Source of the DNA: Priapulus caudatus
Lineage: Eukaryota
Assembly: GCF_000485595.1 (NCBI RefSeq)
Contig: NW_014577066.1
Coordinates: 1 to 51,417, forward strand
Reading direction: 5' to 3'
Length of the DNA stretch: 51,417 nucleotides
Shown here: positions 44,223-51,417 of the stretch, piece after piece
Layout of the letters: the number at the start of each line of letters is the position of its first letter
How positions within the stretch are numbered: position 1 is the stretch's first letter
Notes under the pieces: model-generated
Database searches by the model: none
What the model was told of the DNA's origin: nothing
Seen by the model: the letters and a program-made list of their open reading frames with translations, nothing else
Position numbers and translations under genes: made by a program

Positions 44223-47200
44223 TGAAGAGCCGCTCTTAATGGTCTTCTTCAAGGTTGATTAAGTTTTTCAAAAATCTTAGCAGCGCGCGGAGTTTCCATC
44301 GAGCGTCGTCCTTTTTGCATCTGTGTATGCCTGACACAATTGGGGACGAGTGGCAAGGCAGGGTGGTTATCGTTGTTGTGCAAATCGAGCAGAAAGGCGA
44401 GTTGCTGCTAGCACGTGGAGCAGCACGGCGTTCATGGCAGTGCATGCACACGTTGCTGAATCACGTAGATTCGCGCAGTTTACAGGTAGTTAGGTGGGTA
44501 CCCTTAGAAAGCCTAGAAAGCTTAGAAATGTTGAAAACGTGGTTTTCCATGGAGCTGTAACTGCGCGGTATGCCGGTATTGATGTATTAATGCACGAAAG
44601 TGTTTGGCGTGTGCATGAGAAGGTGCGTGCGTGCACCGACACCGACAACAGACTTGACAACGTTGATGCACCCATGTAACAGGCCCATCCTCACACGAGT
44701 GTGGACCGATGTTAGAGCCTGGCGGGCTGCGTGCGGGAACAAAGCCGACGGTGACAGCACGACAAACACGCCGTTCTCGCGTGCGTGGGTGTTGACAGCG
44801 TAAATAACGCCGACGTAGACGCGTCGCCCTACCCTATCAGAGCACACGCGACGACGTGCCGCGCGCTCACGCGGCAGCACACTCCCTGAGCAAATGTCAG
44901 CATTGCTCGTGCAGGTGAGTGGTGGCAGCAGCAGCAGCAGCTGTGCGTGCGTGCATGTGTGTGCGCGCGCGCATATCGCGACAAAAAATTACTCGTGGGT
45001 GATCGGCGCACTTCGTGTGTCAACGCACATAGCCTAGCGTAAACATAGCTCAACCTCACACTATGCCATCGGCAATGATTGCGGGGCGCCAGGTGGCGAG
45101 TTAACAAAATAACCAGCAGGGGGCGGGGGGCCTTCTTATACGAGAGCCCATATTTCTGGTCGTTTGCAGCACACCTTTTGAGAGCTCGCCCCACCAGCCC
45201 ACGGATTCATTGTCACGGGTAAACGTGATTTTGTTGGCGTAAATGAGAGATAAACGTATCGGCAGAATGGGAGCAAGAGAAAGGAGTAGAGGCCGGGGAC
45301 TCGGGGGAGGTGGGGGGAGGAGGTAAGAGGGAGAGAAGAGGTAAGGCAAGGCCGTGCAGAAAAAGGGGGTTGGGAAATAGCACGAAAAAGCATGAAAGGG
45401 AAAGGAAGAGGGGGAAAGGGGAGAGCCAGAGAGTGGTGGAGTGACTGGTAATGCAGGAAGAAAGGATTCCTTCTCCATCGGAGGGCTTCATCAACAGTCT
45501 GCGAAGTCCGGTTGCGGGATGTCAGTTGAGTTAAGGCAGCACAGAAACGAGCAAAACGAGCCGGTCGAAAGCGCAATCGGGCAAAGGCTTGAGGGCATTC
45601 GCAGCCGTAACGCGAGCGCAAGTAACACATTCTACAGAGGGCGCCACAAGCAATGTAGGTGTACCGGGAGAGGTCAGTCAGGGGTCGTGCTGCGTTTCCC
45701 ATTATATTGGCCCACGACTCTGTTTTTGGGGTCAATTAGGTGGTGGATTTGTTTTAATGCGCGCTTGCTTGCGTTTTTTTGTCCAGTTTGTTTAGTGAAG
45801 TCACCTCGAACCCGGCAGTGAGCACCGAGCGTCGCTGTTTGTCATCGTAATCGCACGCGCGCGCGTCATCTGAGCGGCAGTCCTCTCTGTGGTCGTCGTC
45901 ACGACGAGTGGTGTCACGTGATGGGGGGGGGGCGGCGACTAATGAGCCGTGAATGGGAGCACGAACATAATTACGCCGAAACCAAAGTCGCCGTCAGTCG
46001 ACGCCTCGCCTTGCTCCCTTGTTGTGCGCGCGCGGTTCGTCATCAACGGATCGGGCGTCGATCAGTTTTCACCCATAGAAACTCTCGCAGGCATCTATAG
46101 ACGATGGCACAAAGGGGTTTGCACAAAACTTTTCCGCCCGGTCGTGATCTGCGTGATTTCTCTCCCGCACATGATCATGAAGCTGGCTATATGAGATTTC
46201 AGCGGCACTTAATGAAGTTACTGCTGCGATCAAAAACTATCGGTTGCTGACGGTGAAGATCGTCTGTATTAGCTGTAAGCAGCTGTGCAGGCGTATGTCT
46301 TGTTCGTCATGTCAGCCATAGCGAGCCACAAGGAGTGAGGGAGATATACAGAGACGGATCAGATAGACACATATTGCGTGTGAGGCAGAGGGAGGAAGGG
46401 ATAGAGGGATGCAGGGAGAGAGAGAGAGAGAGAGAGTGGGGGGAAGGGAAGGTGGAGTACGATTCAACGATAGAAAGAGTGACATAGTTTGACCTATCTA
46501 TGTATAAGTATGCATATATTATGCAGCTATTTGGCGGGTTCAGTGTCATCATCTTTCTGTCTTCATAATGACGCTTGATGACGACCTCTACATTTCGTCG
46601 AGCGTATCCTAACCACCGATACTTCACGGCACACTCAGCGTCGGTCGAGTTGCCGTGTGTGCTGTAGCAAATGTGGCACCTCCTTGCGGCGGCGTCCGCA
46701 GCTACATGTAGACATAAACGACTCCGCTACGGCAGTACAATCGGCGCTCGCTCGCTAGATGGCGTCCCGTCGGTCCGACACTCGCCAAATGAGCGCTCCC
46801 CTGCCGTGACTGTTTACTTAGCGCACCGGCGCGGGCCAATTAAATTTTGGTGGGGAATTTTTCCCACAATTGCCTTCCGGAATTCAATTATCGAAAACTG
46901 CAGCAGGCACTTAACGCGGTACATGAATCGAACGTGAGTAGAATAATGGCGTCTAAGTAAGTGTGAGCCATTTAATTTTTGGACTGTAATGCGTAAAAAA
47001 AACACTGCTTTGCATAGTTATGTTTTATCGATTATTTTGCATTGTAGCCGTGTTTTGGGGTAACAAATCACTACATTTACTTTAATTGGAAATTGAAAAA
47101 TTTGAATGAAAACTATTGCGGCTTTCCTGCTTAGTATGCATGTGGTGAATGAATGCAATTGCTCACTGATGCATTGGCTTTTAAAAAATCGTTTGAATTA

Positions 47201-47279
47201 ATTCAATTAATTAGAATAAACATTTATATGACAGATGTAGAATATTGGTTTCTTATGCATGACAAATATACAATTTCAG

Positions 47280-47351
47280 GTTGCGTCAACTAACGTTCGA
47301 TTCCACACCACCTGAGCGACAAGACTTTCCAGTGAGACTTGACATAATCAG
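47280..47351 (+). other. Candidate 72-nt internal exon of an unidentified + strand transcript
   Basis: aatttcAG acceptor, CAG|GTATTT donor, higher GC than its flanks, one open frame (LRQLTFDSTPPERQDFPVRLDII); no recognisable homology. Confidence 0.35.
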
Positions 47352-48155
47352 GTATTTATTTGTTTGTTAGAACTGCTAATTCCATCTCTTCTTCCCTTGG
47401 TCAAACAGTATAGATTTAAAAAAATCATATTTGCGGCCATGATGTATGAAATCTAATGTGGGATGAATCCCAACAATCAACACAAGAAATATACTGCAGA
47501 AAAGACAATGTTAGGTTAGTTAATATTTGATAAGGTAATTCACCTAACTGGTATCAGGAAAGAGTGCGGTTCTAGCTAAAACCTTGTATTGACATATTTG
47601 CAGATGCTTTTTTTTAACATAGAGATTTGAGAACAGGAATAGTTATCACTTTTCTTGGCAGTATTTTCAAATAGTTAAATAATTGGTACCCACTCAAATG
47701 GCTATTCGTGCAAGGCGAATTTGTGTATGATGTATATTTCATAATCTATTTTTTTATGAAAATAATATAATATAATGTTCTCATATGAAATGCATGTGGA
47801 TATATATGAGTGCCCTAATTTGCTTGTTGTGCATCACTAATACCACCAGCGAATAAACAGAAGGTGTCAGAAAGCTACTCGCCGGATTATAACCTTGCAG
47901 TTTTATGCAATGTTTGATGTCTGGTTGGGAATATATTTATAACGTCAGTGACGACGGTGCCTGCAAAGCCAGAAATCTGATCACTGGTTAATGTGCGTAC
48001 TGCACCGAGTACTATATTTCGTTGTTGCGATTTAGTTAACGTATCCAGGGTTTCTTATACATAAGAGGCACAGCGGTGCACCTCCGTTGTGGAAATGTTC
48101 CTGTATTTACTGATAAGTATATACCTATAAGTATATCAATACATCGTGTATTTGA

Positions 48156-48394
48156 ATGTGTGTACGCACGTGTGCACCTGTATGCGTGCGTGCGTGTGTG
48201 CGTGCACGTGTGCATCTGTATGTGTGCACGCACGTGTGCATCTGTATGTGTGCATGCACGTGTGCACCTGTATGTGTGCATGTACGTGTGCACCTGTATG
48301 CGTGCGTGCATGCATGTGTGTGCAACTGTGTGTACGTGCGTGTGTGCGTGCACGCATGCATGTGTGTGCACGCACGTGTGCACCTGTGTGTGTG
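48156..48394. repeat. GT/GTGC low-complexity repeat
   Basis: Directly visible; a similar tract is at 37735-37905. Confidence 0.85.
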
Positions 48395-50394
48395 AGCAGG
48401 AAGAAGATGAGGATGCTGATAGCAGTGATGGATCGCTGATTGCCAGCGTGTATCTCAGCTCTGCGAAGACATGCGAGCCGGCTGAGTAATTATGAGATCA
48501 CGCGCTCTCAACTAGCCAGACTAATGCTATAGCGAATCTAGGTTCTGATTGAGAGGAGACAAAGTGATTCTCATGGTTTCCTGCCATGCTCGCTCCGTAC
48601 ACCCGTGCATGGCTGCTAAACACGAAACCCAGGCTTTTTCTGCATGCAGCCACCTGGGTGCATGATGGCAGTGCATGACCTTTTCAGTACGTGGTCCTTG
48701 TATCAATATAGCCTCCTGTTTGGCATGTTTGGATCGCTACTGCTGTGGTGGATCACAGTACGGGCATATGTGCAACTGCATATATAATCATAAACGTGTT
48801 TGTAGCTGTTGTTTCGTACTGCTAATGTGCAGCAGGTAACTGGCCCTTAACGACGAACCTGTCATCAGAGCTGCTAACATTGTACGTTAAATAATTGCTA
48901 CTTCTGAAAATTTAACGAGTGAAACTCTTTCCTACCCCTAAACCTTCCTACTCTTCATTAGGTATATTGAGCCCATAAATATTTATAACCTCCAGAAGTA
49001 GTATTTTTTAGCATTGCTACGAAACAATTATTAAATCTGCAATAAGTGTATGTACCCTGCTGATGTTATAAAATATGAAAAGGGGGTCCTTTTGTGCGAG
49101 AATTGATCTCTGTCTGAGAGAACCGCATGCTCTATAAAAGGGTTTTATCCGAATTGATAGTACACGCACGTATAATGTTGCCCACATGGCTCTGAGCGAG
49201 CGAGCGACTGACTGAGTTAGGGATTGAGTAAGTGTGTTATAGGGGGTGAGTGAGTGAGTTAGGGAGTGGATGGGGTGGGTGGGCCAGCAGATAGATGAAC
49301 AAGGAAGTTTACGAAGGTGGACGTGTGCCCATCCAGATGTACATGATGGAAGAAATGAGTGATGGATGGAAAGAGGGAGTGAGCGATGGAAGGATGGAAG
49401 GGGAAATGGAGGGTGGGAGTGAAGCAGCGGGTGAGCCAGAGGGAAAGAGAGAGAGAACGAGTGAGCAAGTGGGCCTGGGAGGGAGGGAGGAAGCTGGTGA
49501 ACGAATGTGCCAATGAGGGAGAGACGGAGGGAGAGAACGAAAGAGGAAGGGAGGGTGGGATGGAGCTTGAAAGGAAGGGAAACAGTGAGTCATCAAGGAA
49601 CCAGCCGGGCGATTGCCTTTGCAGCTGCAGGTAGGTAGGAATTGACTTCGTAGCAAGTGAGGAATTCGTGCCCACATCCGCACTGTATCTAGTTCCTCCT
49701 GGCTTTTCTAGAATGTACAGCACAGGCTGCTCCCACGCTTCTTACGCTCACCTAACGGTGAAAACCTTAGGTGGCTCTTTGCTTGGTTCTTCGGGCATAC
49801 ATAATTGCAAAGCTCTTGCTTATCCAACTGTAAAGGCTGCTGGTGGCTGAATCAGAGAGTGTCAATAATTAATTAGTCGTCTTGGGAACTCCGAGCGTAC
49901 ACAGGTAGCCATTTGAATCACGAATAATGAACGTCATTAAACTTGCATCGCCTTCCTCCCCGTAACTCGGCGGCACGGAATACCGCGAGCCGCCGCGTAA
50001 TGGTATTGCATGCTCGCGTCGTGCCGTGCCACGCCGTGCCGCGCTAATCCGCGTCCGCGGATGCTGCGCCGGTCGTCACGGCGACACGAGCGCGCTTCAC
50101 GAGTCGGCTCGGCTGGCTGTCGTTGCAGCGGGCACGGTTCGGTTTGGCCGCGAAGCCCTCTTATCGATTGTCCGCTTAACGATGCGCTTGTTGGGGGCAG
50201 GTGTTCGCGTGCGCGTGTTTGCCCGGCTTGGTGGCAAATACGCACAGTGCGGTGAAGCCAGGCAAAAGCAGCTGCTGCTGAAACAGGATGGCTAACCTCA
50301 TCGTGCAGAGGAGCCGTGCTGTGCGGTTGGCAGGACAATATCCCGACATGGTGTTCCCCATTCATAGAAAATCGTGTCTCGTTGATGCTTTCAC

Positions 50395-51278
50395 TTGCTC
50401 ACAGTAATGCGCGTGGAGCCCTCCCCACCCTAACAGTAATGCCTCCGTACCTACTTAGGTGCGCAGGGCCCTCCCCACCACGTAACTCCGATCGCCATCC
50501 CCACCCACATAATGCGCAGTCCTCCCCACCCACAAGAATGCGCCGTGGCCATCTCCCACCACAGTAATGCGCCGTGCGCCTCACCCACCCACAGTAATGC
50601 AGCCGTGACGCCCTCACCCACCCACAGTAATCGCCGTGGCCCTCCCACCCACATATAATGCGCCGTGGCCCCTCCCCACCCACAGTAATGCGCAGCCGTG
50701 GCCCTCCCACCCACAATAATGCGCGTGGGCCCTCCCACACACAGTAATGCGCTCTGCTTCTGGCCCTCCCCACCACAATAATGCGCCGTGGCCGCTCCCC
50801 ACACACAGTACTGCGCTCCGTGTGCCTGCCCACCCACAGATAATGCTCCTGGTCCTCCCACACACAGTAATGTGCCGGGCCCCCCACCCACAATAATGCG
50901 CCGTGGCCCTCCCCACACACAGTAATGCGCTGCTCTGGCCCTCCCCACCCCACAATAATGCGCCGTGGCCCTCCCCACCCACAGTATAAAGCGCCGTGGC
51001 CCTCCCCACCCACAGTAATGCGCCGTGGCCCTCCCCACCCACAGTAATGCGCCGTGGCCCTCCCCACCCACAGTAATGCGCCGTGGCCCTCCCACCCACA
51101 GTAATGCCGCTGTGGCCCTCCCCACCCACAGTAATGCGCTGTGGCCCTCCCACCCACAGTAATGCGCCGTATCCCCCCCACCTACAGTAATGCGCCGTGA
51201 TCCTCCCCACCCACAGTAATGCACCGTGGCCCCTCCCCACCCACAGTAATGCACCGTGGCCCTCCCCACCCACAGTAA
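50395..51278. repeat. 29-bp C-rich minisatellite, about 30 copies
   Basis: Unit ccccacccacagtaatgcgccgtggccct; the left half is indel-noisy. Confidence 0.93.
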
Positions 51279-51417
51279 TACTGCATGGTCGTCACCTACC
51301 TGTGGATTGTGCCATGTCTACCTTCTACCCATGGTAATATCCTATCGCACTTTCCAATCCATAGAACATCGAATGTCCTCCTCCCCCCCCACCCAGACAT
51401 CTGGCCGCCCCCCAATA

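Noticed and set aside
42993..44225. ORFs with an 18-aa repeat (VHYIVRSAYVLEHASGPS), or a CRISPR-like array
   Set aside because: Pure tandem repeat with no unique spacers and no cas genes; frame-breaking indels at about 43380, 43445 and 43648; eukaryotic context.
48400..48490. Acidic peptide EEDEDADSSDGS as an exon
   Set aside because: The acceptor lacks a polypyrimidine tract, the phase does not continue from the 47280-47351 candidate, and no homology is recognised.
50399..51273. 219-272 aa ORFs on -
   Set aside because: All three frames are open only because the 29-bp unit lacks stops.
1..51417. tRNA, rRNA, snRNA, snoRNA or miRNA genes
   Set aside because: None recognised by eye; a covariance-model search (Infernal/Rfam, tRNAscan-SE) is needed to exclude them.

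Overview
Repeat-rich, intron-containing eukaryotic DNA, most likely from an invertebrate animal (inference; species not determinable here). Two convergent genes can be rebuilt exon by exon. (1) Sorbitol dehydrogenase (SORD): exons 2-9 lie on + between 3243 and 15640 with the same intron positions as vertebrate SORD. The only recognisable exon 1 (MESNLSCVLYGPNDIRM|GTAAGT) lies on the opposite strand at 1278-1328. Exons 4-6 carry single-base indels that look like long-read errors. (2) DET1 homolog on -: 11 coding exons from 28734 to 18193, 1692 nt, 563 aa, in frame, with a 6-nt first coding exon and a GC-AG intron 2. The rest is non-autonomous DNA transposons and minisatellites. These include two long-TIR elements with 7-bp TSDs (P/Galileo-like), three CAG...CTG elements with 5-bp TSDs, hAT, Harbinger, Kolobok and Helentron-type elements, two triple-nested insertions, and several minisatellites anchored on exon boundaries. 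There is an 804-N gap and an error-laden duplicated/inverted block (5460-8470) that looks like an assembly artefact. No autonomous transposase, RNA gene or CRISPR array was found. All coordinates and counts were made by hand.
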